Virus record (IMG/VR): IMGVR_UViG_3300045000_000090
Span: 1 to 42,953 of that record
DNA length: 42,953 nt
Source: a virus
Lineage: Duplodnaviria > Caudoviricetes
Reading direction: 5' to 3' (one strand)
Below, piece by piece: positions 17,039 to 26,295 of this stretch. Below the pieces are notes generated by a model. The model was not told where the DNA came from, did no database searches, and saw nothing but the letters and a program-made list of their open reading frames with translations. Numbering within the stretch: the stretch's first letter is position 1; every line of letters begins with the position of its first letter. Made by a program: the position numbers and the translations under genes.

Positions 17039-17392
17039 ATGACACAGATCCGGATCGCCCTGTCGGAAAAGGACCTCGCCGAGTACGGCGGCCCAGCCGT
17101 GGTCACCTTCGACACCGAAGCGCTGAAGGACCTGCCGTGCAGCCGCCTGGTGGAGCTGCAGGAGCTGGCCGGCGGTAAGTCGGTGTTGCAGTGGATGGCG
17201 GACATCGACAGGGTCGAGGCGGACGCCCGGCGGCTCGCGGTGTGGTTCGCCCGCTCGCAGGCCGGCGTCGTCGAACCGTTCCACGACTTCGACCCGCAGG
17301 TCCTGCGCGCCGACTTCGACTACTCGCCCGAGGTCGATGATGTCGACCCCCCGGCCGAGGCGCCATTGCCTTCCTCGGAGACCAGCTCATAG
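17039..17392 (+). CDS. Tail assembly chaperone (G)
   Basis: AGGAGG RBS; acidic; upstream of the tape measure gene; ends shortly after the slippery site. Confidence 0.75.
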   Translation: MTQIRIALSEKDLAEYGGPAVVTFDTEALKDLPCSRLVELQELAGGKSVLQWMADIDRVEADARRLAVWFARSQAGVVEPFHDFDPQVLRADFDYSPEVDDVDPPAEAPLPSSETSS

Positions 17393-17541
17393 CCGACCAG
17401 CTGGCCGAGCTCGAACCGTACTTCTCGCTGATCTACCGCATCCACCCGTGGCAGCTGCGGCGCCTTTCGCCGCGCCAGATCTGCCGCTACATCGACGTCG
17501 CCGAAACGCGGACGCGGGCCAAGGAGGCGGGCGATGGCTGA
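17347..17541 (+). CDS. Tail assembly chaperone frameshift extension (T), -1 frame from C CCC CCG at 17347-17353
   Basis: Open -1 frame with no RBS-linked start of its own (…LEPYFSLIYRIHPWQLRRLSPRQ…) ending at TGA 17539-17541. Confidence 0.7.
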   Translation, partial: PPGRGAIAFLGDQLIADQLAELEPYFSLIYRIHPWQLRRLSPRQICRYIDVAETRTRAKEAGDG

Positions 17542-19549
17542 CGAGACGACCCGGCTCACCCTGGAGATCCTGGGCAAGGACCGGTCGGGTAAGCAGGCGT
17601 TGAAGGACGTCGGCGACCAGGCCGACAAGTCCGCGAAGCAGGTCGATCACCTGTCGGTGGCGATCGAAGAGTCCGAGCAGCACATCGGGACGCTCGCCAA
17701 GGAGATCCAGAAAACCGGCAAGCTCGACCTGTTCCCCGAGCTGCGCAAGAGCCAGTCGGATCTGCGCAAGCTGCAGCTGGTCAAGAAGCTGCTGCCGAAT
17801 GAGGAAGACGGTAAGCGGGCCGGGAAACGCACCATGCTGGGCCTGGCCGGGGAGCTGCTCCGGGGTGCCGGGTCGGCCGGGTTGAAGCTGTCCGAGGGCA
17901 TCTCCAAGGCCATCCCGGGTGCCATCGGCCAGGGGCTGCAGTCGATGCCGCCGCAGCTGCAGGCCGGCGTCGTGGCCGCCCTGATCGGCGCGACGGTCAC
18001 CGCGTCCGCGTTTGTCGGTGCAGCCGCGTCGGGGGCCATCATGGCGGCGGTCGGCGGTGGAACCCTCGCGGGCGGTGTGGCGCTGGCGTTCCAGGACCAG
18101 CGGATCCAGGAAGCCGCGAGCTCGCTCGGCAAGGACGTCATGGCGGCGCTGACCGACGCGAGTTCGGTGTTCATCGGCCCGGTCCTCAAGTCGATCGGGA
18201 TCCTGCGGACCGGGTTCGGGCAGATCATGCCCGGCATCAAGACGGCGTTCTCGTCGGTGGCCCCCAGCGTGACCAGCCTTACCAGGGGCGTGGTGGCCTT
18301 GGTGACGAACCTGATGCCCGGCTTCAACAATGTGGTGGCGCGGTCGGCGCCGATCCTCGACATGCTGGGCGGCAAGCTCGGTGACGTCGGCCGGTCGATG
18401 AGTTCCTTCTTCGACTCGATCGCCAGCGGCTCGGATGGCGCCAAGCGCGGCCTGTCGGATCTGGTCACCATCCTGGACGGCCTGATCGTCGGCACCGGCG
18501 CGACCCTCGGATTCCTGTCGAAGACGTACGACAAGACGATCGGGTCGCTGTCGGCGGCCGGCAACGCGATCGGTGACCTGTTCCAGGGCAACTTCTCCAA
18601 GTCGTGGAAGGACCTCGACTGGCAGACGAAGCAGAACACGGCGTCGACCGACGAGTACACCGTGATGCAGATCCGGCTGGCCGACGCCATGAGGGCGACC
18701 GAGGAGCATGCCCGCGCCCTGGCCGACGACCTGGACAAGCTGGCCGGCGCCCAACAGAACGGGCGGCAGGCCAGCAGCGACTTTCAGGCCGGTCTCGACG
18801 AGCTGACCAAGTCGGTCGCTGCCAACGGCACCTCACTAAACGACACGTCCGTTGAGGGCCGCAACAACCTGCGGGTCGTCGATTCCCTGATCTCCGCCTC
18901 GGAGCGGGCCGGCGCCGCTGCCCGGGACCAGGCGCTGGCCCAGGGCAAAAGCGCGGATGAGGCGAATGCGGCCGGGGCGCGGATGCGTGAAGGGTTCATC
19001 GCCGACCTGCAGCGGGCAGCGAACAAGGCGGGCCTGTCGAAGAAGGCGATCAACGACATGGTGGCCGCCCTGGTCGCGGCCGACAACAAGCGGATCTCCA
19101 TCTTCATCGACGAAATCCACCGCACCCGCACGTCGGACAGCCCCTCGCAGACGTTCCACGGCCTGCGGTCAGGTGGTGTCGTGGCCGCCGCGTCGGGTCT
19201 GGTGACCGGCGGCGGGATCCTGCGCTCACCGACCATCCTCGCCGGGGAACGCGCCACCGGCGGCGAAGTGCTGATGCCCCGCATCCCGGGCCAGGGCGGG
19301 CGGGCGCGGCAGCGCAGCCTGGCGGCCGTCGCCGCGGACTGGGCGGGCGGCATGTTCGTGTCCGGGCAGGGTGGCGCGGGCGGCGGCGCATCCGGTGCGG
19401 GCGGCGGTTTCTCCGGCGGCCCGACGCGGGTCGAACTCACGTTCAGGTTCCCGGATCGCCCCGACCTTGACTGGCTGTTCAAGGCGTTCCGCAAAGAGGT
19501 CCGGGTCACCGGCGGCGGCGACGTCCAGGTCGCGTTCGGGAAGAACTGA
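17534..19549 (+). CDS. Tape measure protein
   Basis: 671 aa, Ala/Gly-rich and helical; L.LEILGKD N-terminus; C-terminal GG...AGE..GGEVLMP motif. Confidence 0.9.
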   Translation: MADETTRLTLEILGKDRSGKQALKDVGDQADKSAKQVDHLSVAIEESEQHIGTLAKEIQKTGKLDLFPELRKSQSDLRKLQLVKKLLPNEEDGKRAGKRTMLGLAGELLRGAGSAGLKLSEGISKAIPGAIGQGLQSMPPQLQAGVVAALIGATVTASAFVGAAASGAIMAAVGGGTLAGGVALAFQDQRIQEAASSLGKDVMAALTDASSVFIGPVLKSIGILRTGFGQIMPGIKTAFSSVAPSVTSLTRGVVALVTNLMPGFNNVVARSAPILDMLGGKLGDVGRSMSSFFDSIASGSDGAKRGLSDLVTILDGLIVGTGATLGFLSKTYDKTIGSLSAAGNAIGDLFQGNFSKSWKDLDWQTKQNTASTDEYTVMQIRLADAMRATEEHARALADDLDKLAGAQQNGRQASSDFQAGLDELTKSVAANGTSLNDTSVEGRNNLRVVDSLISASERAGAAARDQALAQGKSADEANAAGARMREGFIADLQRAANKAGLSKKAINDMVAALVAADNKRISIFIDEIHRTRTSDSPSQTFHGLRSGGVVAAASGLVTGGGILRSPTILAGERATGGEVLMPRIPGQGGRARQRSLAAVAADWAGGMFVSGQGGAGGGASGAGGGFSGGPTRVELTFRFPDRPDLDWLFKAFRKEVRVTGGGDVQVAFGKN

Positions 19550-22500
19550 TGGACCCGCGCAGCGACGCCTTCATCGGCGGCCAGTGGCTTGACGTGTCCC
19601 CCGATGTGCGCGGCCAGGAAGCCGTCATCGGGCGCGGCCGAGCCGACGAACAGTCCCGGGTGACATGGACCAAAGTTGGCCTGGCGCTCAACAACCGCGA
19701 CGGTAGGTACAGCAACCGCAACCCGACGTCCCCGTACTACGGGCTGATAGGCCGCAACACTTTGCTGCGGACCCGGATGCGGCTACTGGTCGACACGTTC
19801 ACCCGCACCACTGCCGCCGGGGGCTGGGGTACAGCCGACACCGGGCAGGTGTGGACGGTCACCGGCGGTCCGGCGCCGGAGTTTTCCACCGACGGGTCGC
19901 GCGGGTTCATGGCGATCGCCGACAGCACCACCGCCCGCCAGATCCTCAACAACACCCCGGTCCTGAACGCCGACGTCGTTGCCACGATCCAGGTCGGGGT
20001 ACTCGCGTCCGGTAACACCATCTCGGCGGGCCTGACCGCCCGCAACGCCGCCGGCAGCTACTACCTGGCAGACATGGGCCTGCACACCAACCAGAGCGTG
20101 ACCCTGGAACTGTGGTCGGCGACACCGGCCTCGGGTCTGGTGTCGCTCGGGTCGGTGACGGTTGCTGGCCTCACCCACACCATCACCACCCAGTTCCGGT
20201 TGCGGTTCCAGGTCAACGGCCAGCAGCTACGCGCCCGGGTGTGGGACGCGGCGACCGTCGAACCAACCACGTGGCACATTGTGCGGACCAGCAGTGCCGT
20301 CACCGCGGCCGGCGGGGTGGGCGCCTACGGCTTCCTGTGGCCGGTGAACACGAACACGAAACCGGTCACCATCGCCTTCGACAACGTCGAATGCAACGTG
20401 CACCGCTCCATTGGCGAAGTGAGCCAGTGGCCGCAACGCTGGGACGTGACCGGCCGCGACGTGTGGGTGCCCTTGGAGGTGTCCGGCATCATGCGGCGCC
20501 TGACCCAGGGTGCCCGCAAGCTCAAGTCGCCTATCTACCGGGAAGCGACGACCGCCACCAACCTGCAGTACCTGATCGCGTACTACCCCTGCACCGACGG
20601 TTCCTCGTCGACAACGGCCGCGTCGGGCATCGGCGGCCCACCCATGGTCGCCTCGACGGGCGTGTCATTCGCGGCCGACTCGACGTCGTTCCCCGGCTCC
20701 GAGCCGCTCGCCGTGTGCACCGCTGGCGGCTTCACCGCCACCCTGCCGCCCTACACCTTCACCAACACGTTCGCCTTCCGGGGCCTGTTCACCTTCGGTG
20801 CGGGCGGCCTGACCGACATGGCGGTGCTGGCCGACACGTTCGGTATCGGCGCGGTCCGCCGCTGGGCGATCCGGTACCGCACCGGCGGAGGCATCAGCCT
20901 CCACGCCTACGACCAGGCCGACACCGAGCTGGGCACCAGCGGCGCGGTGGCGTTTAACGCCAACGGCAAAAGCCTGATGGTCGGGTTCAGCGCGACCCAA
21001 AACGGCGCCAACATCGACTGGGCGATATTCACCCGCGAGGCGCGCGCCGATGGGTCGGTGGGCCAGGTGGGTCTCAGCGGCACATTCAACGCATTGACCT
21101 TAACCCCACCTAACACGTTGATCATCGGCAACGGCGGGAACCTGTCGTCGACGACCGTGGGCCACTTCATGATCGGCACCAGCGTCGCGCTGGCGTCCGG
21201 TGTCTGGTCGGCGTTGACCGGAAACTCCGGTGAGAAAGCGGCGACCCGGATGGCGCGGGTGTGCGCGGAGGAAGGTGTGCCCTTCGTGCTGGTCGGCAAC
21301 GCATCCGACACGGCCGCGATGGGTCCACAAACGACCGGCACCCTGCTGGAAATCGTCAACGACTGCGGTGACGCCGACGCCGGGATCGTCTTCGAACCAC
21401 GCGAAACGTTCGGACTGGGCTACCGGACCCGCACCAGCCTGTACAACCAGACCGGGCTGAGCCTCAACTACGCCGCCGCGCACCTCACGCCGCCCCTGGA
21501 ACCCATCGACGATGACCAGGGCGTCCACAACGACATCACCGCGAGCCGACCAAACGGCTCATCCGTGCGGGCCTTCCTTGGCACCGGGCCGCTGTCCATC
21601 CTGGACGTGCCCAACGGTATCGGCACCTACGAAGATCCGATTACGGTCAACGTCCAAACCGATGCGCAGCTCTCGGACGTGGCCGGCTGGCGGCTACACA
21701 CCCAGGCCTGGGATGAGGCACGGTTCCCGACGGTCACCGTCAATCTCGCGGCCCCCGCGTTTGTCGCCAACCCCACCCTTGCGGCCGGCGCGGCCGGCGT
21801 CGACATCGGCGACTATTTCTCGATCGCCAATCCTCCGCTCTGGTTGCCGCCTGACCCCATCGAGCAGATTGCCCAGGGCGCCCAGGAGCGGCTCGGCAAG
21901 TTCCGCTGGCAGATCACCTGGAACGCATCCCCGGCCGGCCCGTACCGGGTCGTCGTCCTCGACGGCGCCGGGAACCTCGGCCGCCTCGACCAGCCCGGCT
22001 CCACACTCACCACCGGCGTCAACACCACCGCCACCGCCCTGTCCGTCACCGTCCCCACCGGCAACCCACTGTGGACCACATCCATCACCGACGTGCCGTT
22101 CGACATCGGCGTGGCCGGCGAACGGATCCGCGTCGACGCGGTGGGGTCCGTGATCAACGCCAACCCGTGGATGATTGTTGACGCGGCCGGCTGGTCCGGC
22201 GACGGATCCACCCTGGCCTGGTCGACCGCCCAGCAGTACAACCCGGCGTACGGCTCCCTCTTCGTCACACCGACCGCCGGGGGACTCCCGGCCTACGCCC
22301 GGTCCACCGCCCGGGTCGCTGGCACCGCGACCCTTCAATACCAGATCGGGGCGTGGATCCGGGCCAGCACCGCGTGGGCGTCGGGTTTTCGGCTCGGCGT
22401 GGACTGGTACACCGCAACCGTCGGCGGGTCCTACATTTCGACGACGTTCCACAGTGCCTCGGTTGTGCTGACCGCGAACACGTGGACGTACCTGTCCGGT

Positions 22501-22731
22501 GTCGTCACCGCCCCGGCCACGGCGGGCGGCGGCCAACTGTTTGTCGTCCAGAGTGGAACGCCGGCCGTGACGGATGTCTGGTACGCGTCCGGCATCACCT
22601 ACGCGTTCGTGGGCACGATCAACGCCTCACCCCAGGGGATGACGACCACCCGCAGCATCAACGGCGTCGTCAAGAGTCAACTGTCCGGCGCCGCCGTAGA
22701 CCTATGGCGACCGCCCGTCCTGGCCCGATAG
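19549..22731 (+). CDS. Large minor tail/tail-tip protein with lectin/CBM-like inserts
   Basis: 1060 aa; LNN.DGRYS..NP.SPYYG, DTFTRT..GWGTADTG and TRSINGVVK motifs. Confidence 0.85.
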   Translation: MDPRSDAFIGGQWLDVSPDVRGQEAVIGRGRADEQSRVTWTKVGLALNNRDGRYSNRNPTSPYYGLIGRNTLLRTRMRLLVDTFTRTTAAGGWGTADTGQVWTVTGGPAPEFSTDGSRGFMAIADSTTARQILNNTPVLNADVVATIQVGVLASGNTISAGLTARNAAGSYYLADMGLHTNQSVTLELWSATPASGLVSLGSVTVAGLTHTITTQFRLRFQVNGQQLRARVWDAATVEPTTWHIVRTSSAVTAAGGVGAYGFLWPVNTNTKPVTIAFDNVECNVHRSIGEVSQWPQRWDVTGRDVWVPLEVSGIMRRLTQGARKLKSPIYREATTATNLQYLIAYYPCTDGSSSTTAASGIGGPPMVASTGVSFAADSTSFPGSEPLAVCTAGGFTATLPPYTFTNTFAFRGLFTFGAGGLTDMAVLADTFGIGAVRRWAIRYRTGGGISLHAYDQADTELGTSGAVAFNANGKSLMVGFSATQNGANIDWAIFTREARADGSVGQVGLSGTFNALTLTPPNTLIIGNGGNLSSTTVGHFMIGTSVALASGVWSALTGNSGEKAATRMARVCAEEGVPFVLVGNASDTAAMGPQTTGTLLEIVNDCGDADAGIVFEPRETFGLGYRTRTSLYNQTGLSLNYAAAHLTPPLEPIDDDQGVHNDITASRPNGSSVRAFLGTGPLSILDVPNGIGTYEDPITVNVQTDAQLSDVAGWRLHTQAWDEARFPTVTVNLAAPAFVANPTLAAGAAGVDIGDYFSIANPPLWLPPDPIEQIAQGAQERLGKFRWQITWNASPAGPYRVVVLDGAGNLGRLDQPGSTLTTGVNTTATALSVTVPTGNPLWTTSITDVPFDIGVAGERIRVDAVGSVINANPWMIVDAAGWSGDGSTLAWSTAQQYNPAYGSLFVTPTAGGLPAYARSTARVAGTATLQYQIGAWIRASTAWASGFRLGVDWYTATVGGSYISTTFHSASVVLTANTWTYLSGVVTAPATAGGGQLFVVQSGTPAVTDVWYASGITYAFVGTINASPQGMTTTRSINGVVKSQLSGAAVDLWRPPVLAR

Positions 22732-22740
22732 GGGATTCAC

Positions 22741-23256
22741 GTGGGATACCAGTCCGGGCAGATCCTCACCCCCGCCGAAATGACGTCGTGGCTGCCGCTC
22801 AGCGCGACCAAGGCGAGCAGCCTGAGTCGGACGGCGACCGTAACCAAAACCGCCGACCCTGACCTGACCGTCCCCGTGTTGACCAGCACGACGTACGAGG
22901 GCTGGCTGGTCATCTCCTACACCGCCCCCGCGGCCAATGACATCAGCATCGACTTCAACTACCCGGCGGGCGCGACCTGTAGCGCGGTGCAGATCGGGCC
23001 ACACAACACGATCGCCTCGGCCGGTAGCCAGGCCACCGACGTCGAGTTCCAGGCCCTGATGTTGGACGCCTCGGCGCCGACCGGCGCGATGCCGTTCGGG
23101 GGCACGGCCGGCGGGATCGGCGCCCTGATCATGGTCCGGCTGGTGGTCGGCTCGACGACCGCCGGAAACCTGACCGTCGAATGGGCGCAGCTGGTGAGCG
23201 GCGGAACGACGACCCTCAACGCCGGTTCGTGGCTGACGATCCGCCGAGTGGCATAG
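22741..23256 (+). CDS. Minor tail protein
   Basis: GQILT...DPDL...WAQ...TTL.AGSWL..RR motifs. Confidence 0.75.
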   Translation: MGYQSGQILTPAEMTSWLPLSATKASSLSRTATVTKTADPDLTVPVLTSTTYEGWLVISYTAPAANDISIDFNYPAGATCSAVQIGPHNTIASAGSQATDVEFQALMLDASAPTGAMPFGGTAGGIGALIMVRLVVGSTTAGNLTVEWAQLVSGGTTTLNAGSWLTIRRVA

Positions 23257-23281
23257 GAAACGCCACATCGAGTAGGTAGGG

Positions 23282-23376
23282 CGGCCCCGGCGGGATTCGA
23301 ACCCGCAAGCCGCAGGGGTTTCACGGCAAGCCTGTATGTACAGAGGCCCGAGTCATGCCATTTGCACCACGGGGCG
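23282..23376 (-). tRNA. Aberrant tRNA-like gene, class II architecture, Tyr(GUA)-like; possibly a pseudo-tRNA
   Basis: Perfect T arm GCGGG-TTCGAAT-CCCGC; acceptor stem GCCCCG/CGGGGC; D-loop AAATGGCA; long variable arm. The anticodon loop is enlarged (CTGTACATAC) and CCA is not encoded. Confidence 0.55.
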
Positions 23377-23408
23377 CGCCCGCCTTGATGATACCGGGAG
23401 GACCAACA

Positions 23409-24263
23409 GTGACCCGCTGGACTGATCTCGCGACCTGGCGCGGACCAACCGTCAACCAGGGCGGGCAGATGGCCGAGCACCGCGGTGTGGTCCTGCACAT
23501 CGCCGAGGGCAGCTACGAGGGCACCATCTCCTGGCAGCGCAACCCCGCCGCCCAGGTGTCGAGCCACTTCATCGTCGCCCAGTCCGGCCAGGTCGCGCAG
23601 ATGGTCGACACCGACACCACCGCGTGGACCCAGATAGCCGGCAACGGCTACTGGCTCAGCGTCGAAAACGAGGGCCACACCCCGGGTGCGCTGACCGCCG
23701 CCCAGGTTGAGGCCAACGCCCAGCTGCTCGCCCGCGCCCACCGGCAGTACGGGATACCGCTGCGGGTGACCGCGAGCCCGACCGGCCAGGGCCTGGGCCA
23801 CCACTCGATGGGCGGCACCGCCTGGGGCCACCTCGACTGTCCGGGCCCGGCGATCATCGCCCAGAAGGCGGCGATCGTGGCCCGCGCCAGCCAAATCGCC
23901 AACGGAGGGAACGAAGACATGTCATTGACCCCGGCCCAGGATGGTGCGCTTTCTGTTGCGTGGGAGGTGGCGGCGGCACTGCGGGACGGCAAGGACGTCA
24001 CCGAGGCCCGCCACGACCCGGTGTGGCTGGTCAAGCAGTCCAAGGCGCTGGCCGCCGACGTGGCCGCGCTCAAGACCCAGGTGGCCGCGCTGGCCGGCAA
24101 GGACCTGGTCGACGAGGCGGAGGTCGCCCGGCAGGTCCTCGCCGCGTTGACCCCGGCCGCTATCGCGAACGCAGTCGTCACCGCGCTGCCCGCCGAGCTC
24201 GCCGCGCAGGTCGTCAGCGAACTCAGTGCCCGGCTGGCCGCGGCCAAGACCCCGCCCGCGTAG
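23409..24263 (+). CDS. Endolysin, N-acetylmuramoyl-L-alanine amidase (Amidase_2) with C-terminal helical domain
   Basis: VVLH, SSHF, SVENEG and HH...H.DCPG Zn-amidase motifs; GGGAGGA RBS before GTG 23409. Confidence 0.9.
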   Translation: MTRWTDLATWRGPTVNQGGQMAEHRGVVLHIAEGSYEGTISWQRNPAAQVSSHFIVAQSGQVAQMVDTDTTAWTQIAGNGYWLSVENEGHTPGALTAAQVEANAQLLARAHRQYGIPLRVTASPTGQGLGHHSMGGTAWGHLDCPGPAIIAQKAAIVARASQIANGGNEDMSLTPAQDGALSVAWEVAAALRDGKDVTEARHDPVWLVKQSKALAADVAALKTQVAALAGKDLVDEAEVARQVLAALTPAAIANAVVTALPAELAAQVVSELSARLAAAKTPPA

Positions 24264-24274
24264 CGGAACCAAAC

Positions 24275-24694
24275 GTGAGGCGCATCGTCCGGCACGCGGC
24301 GGCGGCACCGTTCGCGACGCTGATCCCACTCGCCGCCGTCCCCATTGGACTCCTGTCGATCGCGATAGGACCGGAAGTCTCCCGGGCGTTCACGATCGTG
24401 TACCACCGGCCCGAGCTGATCTACGCGTGGGGCGCGGTGCTGGCCCTCGGCGGCGCATATGTGGCGGCGGGCATCATGCGACGCACCCCGAGTTACGAGC
24501 GCGGTGGCCTGTACGTTCTCGGCGGCGCGTTCACCTTCTATGGCATCAGCGTCATCATCGGGCTCGGCCGTGGCGGGCTGGTCACCGGGCCGATGTTCTG
24601 CGTCATCGCCGCCGCGTGCCTGCTGCGTGCCCGGCTGATCCTGGTCCAGGCCAAGGATCTGGTCCAGCGCGGAGACGACATTGAGGACTCATAG
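24275..24694 (+). CDS. Four-TM membrane protein (holin candidate)
   Basis: Four hydrophobic segments; follows the endolysin gene. Confidence 0.65.
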   Translation: MRRIVRHAAAAPFATLIPLAAVPIGLLSIAIGPEVSRAFTIVYHRPELIYAWGAVLALGGAYVAAGIMRRTPSYERGGLYVLGGAFTFYGISVIIGLGRGGLVTGPMFCVIAAACLLRARLILVQAKDLVQRGDDIEDS

Positions 24695-25053
24695 TGAGCG
24701 GCTTCGTCGACCTGCTCATCCGCTCCGTGCCCATCGTCATCGGCGGCGGCACGGTCCAGTTCGCGATCTTCCTGATCCGCCGCCGTGGCGAACTGCGGCA
24801 ACTGGACAGCGCGGTCAAGAAGACGGACGTGGAAGGCGACGCGATCGTGGTCGCATCGGCTGCGCAGAGCCTCGCCCTGGCGGGGCAGATCCGCGACCAG
24901 GCGGCGGCGCGGGCCGCCGAGGTGGAGCAGGAGTTGGTCAAGGTCCGCACCCGGCTGGCCGAGGCCGAGGCGGAGATCATACTTCTGCGCCGGGAGGTCC
25001 AGAAGCTCAAGGACGCGCCCGCCGTGGCGCCAGCCAGCGAGGGGCAAGGGTGA
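24694..25053 (+). CDS. Protein with N-terminal TM and coiled coil (lysis-cassette accessory)
   Basis: One TM followed by a heptad-rich C-terminus; GAGGA RBS. Confidence 0.7.
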   Translation: MSGFVDLLIRSVPIVIGGGTVQFAIFLIRRRGELRQLDSAVKKTDVEGDAIVVASAAQSLALAGQIRDQAAARAAEVEQELVKVRTRLAEAEAEIILLRREVQKLKDAPAVAPASEGQG

Positions 25054-25277
25054 CGATCTTCGAACCGCCAGGCCATCATGCCCGCGATGGCTGGTTTTTC
25101 AGGCGCGACGCGGACGGCGCGGTAGTCGTCACCGCCGCGAGCTGGCCGGGCGAACCCAAGGTCATCCTGGACCCGCACACATGGGCATCCGTGGTGGCCT
25201 CGGTGAGCGCGGCCGGCGAGACGGCTGAGACCTATCGGCAAGCGCTGGCGTTCCATGCAGGCCCGTCGCTGACCTAG
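25050..25277 (+). CDS. Hypothetical protein
   Basis: GTGA overlap; H..DGW.F.R..DG.V...WASVVASVS..GE motif. Confidence 0.65.
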   Translation: MTIFEPPGHHARDGWFFRRDADGAVVVTAASWPGEPKVILDPHTWASVVASVSAAGETAETYRQALAFHAGPSLT

Positions 25278-25312
25278 GATCGGGACGTCAGACTCGCAGA
25301 GCCGCAAGACAG

Positions 25313-25347
25313 AAGAGGGCCCCACCATTGCGGTGGGGCCCTCTTTC
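25313..25347. terminator. Bidirectional intrinsic terminator
   Basis: 14-bp perfect stem AAGAGGGCCCCACC-ATTGC-GGTGGGGCCCTCTT between convergent operons. Confidence 0.85.
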
Positions 25348-25383
25348 GCGTGCCCCCGGCAGGCGGGACAACGCTGGAGTGTC

Positions 25384-25518
25384 CTAGTTCTTGTCAGCCT
25401 GTTCCCGCCGGTCGTCGACCTTGACGGCCTCCCGCTTCGCCTCCTGCTTCTGAGCGAAGTCCTTGTGAGCCTTCCGGAGGCCGTCCTCCTCTTGCGGCGT
25501 CAACGACTCCGCCGTCAC
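25384..25518 (-). CDS. 44-aa charged peptide (not in ORF track)
   Basis: GTGA overlap with the upstream stop; MTAESLTPQEEDGLRKAHKDFAQKQEAK... Confidence 0.45.
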   Translation of the reverse strand: MTAESLTPQEEDGLRKAHKDFAQKQEAKREAVKVDDRREQADKN

Positions 25519-25673
25519 AGGTGCCGGCGCATATTTTCGTGCGCGACATGGTCATCTACCGCCTGCTTCAACTCATTCTTTTGAGCCTCAGCTTCACGCT
25601 CTTCCCGAGACTTATTACCGCCGCCGGTCTGCTTTCGGTCGCCGGTCTGCTTTCGGTCGTCCTGCTTTCCCAT
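25515..25673 (-). CDS. 52-aa basic/charged peptide MGKQDDRKQTG..., in frame with the GntR ORF
   Basis: GAAAGG RBS and ATG at 25673; contains an 18-bp tandem duplication (DRKQTG x2, 25623-25658). Confidence 0.45.
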   Translation of the reverse strand: MGKQDDRKQTGDRKQTGGGNKSREEREAEAQKNELKQAVDDHVAHENMRRHL

Positions 25674-26011
25674 AGTTGGCCTTTCTTCATCGGGGGTGGA
25701 TGTCGGCGGCATGCCGCACACGAAGGTGCCTGTTGCTGAGCGCGGGCGCAGCAGCCCCTCGCTGGCGAGGAGTTGGACGGCCTTCCGCACCGTCGCTGAC
25801 GTCACGCCGTAATGGCGGGCGATCACCTCCATGATCGGAATGGGTTTGGCCTGCGGGAGGCGGCCGGCGCCGATCGACACGCGGATCCGGTCGGCGATCT
25901 GTACGTACAGGGCGCGCGTGTCGTCGCGGTCGAGCGGGTCGAGGACCAGCGTTACCGGCTGGTCGTCAAAAAGCGGCGACCTGCGCCGCGTGGCCTGTGC
26001 GGGGTGCTCAT
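25515..26011 (-). CDS. GntR-family winged-HTH regulator (Kor/TraR-like); needs a -1 frameshift or non-canonical start, or is a pseudogene
   Basis: LYVQIADRIR...G.L...IP...IA..YGV...TVRKAVQLL..EGL.....GTFV. The upstream ATG at 26011 is in another frame. Confidence 0.7.
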
Positions 26012-26259
26012 GGCTGATCCCGTTGTCCTTCGGTAGGGGTTGGCACCGCCTCGGGTGCTCGGCGACCGATGTGCCAGCCGCCGAGGCTCACGTCGCACTC
26101 GTACTCGCGCATGCGGCCCTTCCCGCGCAGCTCTCGGATCCTGCGCTTGGCGTTGCGGCGGCCGACGGAGATCCACTGGTTGTGGGTCTCGCACCAGACC
26201 GAGAAAGAGGAGACGTCTCCGGCGTTGCGGGGCGCTCGCGGAAATTGACTGGAACTCAC
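26008..26259 (-). CDS. Hypothetical protein (C..H...YEC...WHIG)
   Basis: Zn-finger-like motif; ATGA-coupled. Confidence 0.65.
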   Translation of the reverse strand: MSSSQFPRAPRNAGDVSSFSVWCETHNQWISVGRRNAKRRIRELRGKGRMREYECDVSLGGWHIGRRAPEAVPTPTEGQRDQP

Positions 26260-26295
26260 TGCCTACCCGGTTCCTTTCGTGGTTGGGGATGGTGG

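Noticed and set aside
17387-18754. 455-aa minus-strand ORF opposite the tape measure gene (likewise 6179..7438, 35419..36603, 38515..39411 and 40455..41549)
   Set aside because: Stop-poor antisense frames expected in ~70% GC DNA; they overlap well-supported genes.
23282-23310. tRNA 3' half as attP core
   Set aside because: The only integrase is a serine recombinase 12 kb away, which needs no tRNA homology, and the whole cloverleaf is present rather than only the 3' end.
25623-25658. 18-bp tandem duplication as a mini-CRISPR or operator
   Set aside because: No spacer, only two copies, and in frame within a coding sequence (DRKQTG x2).
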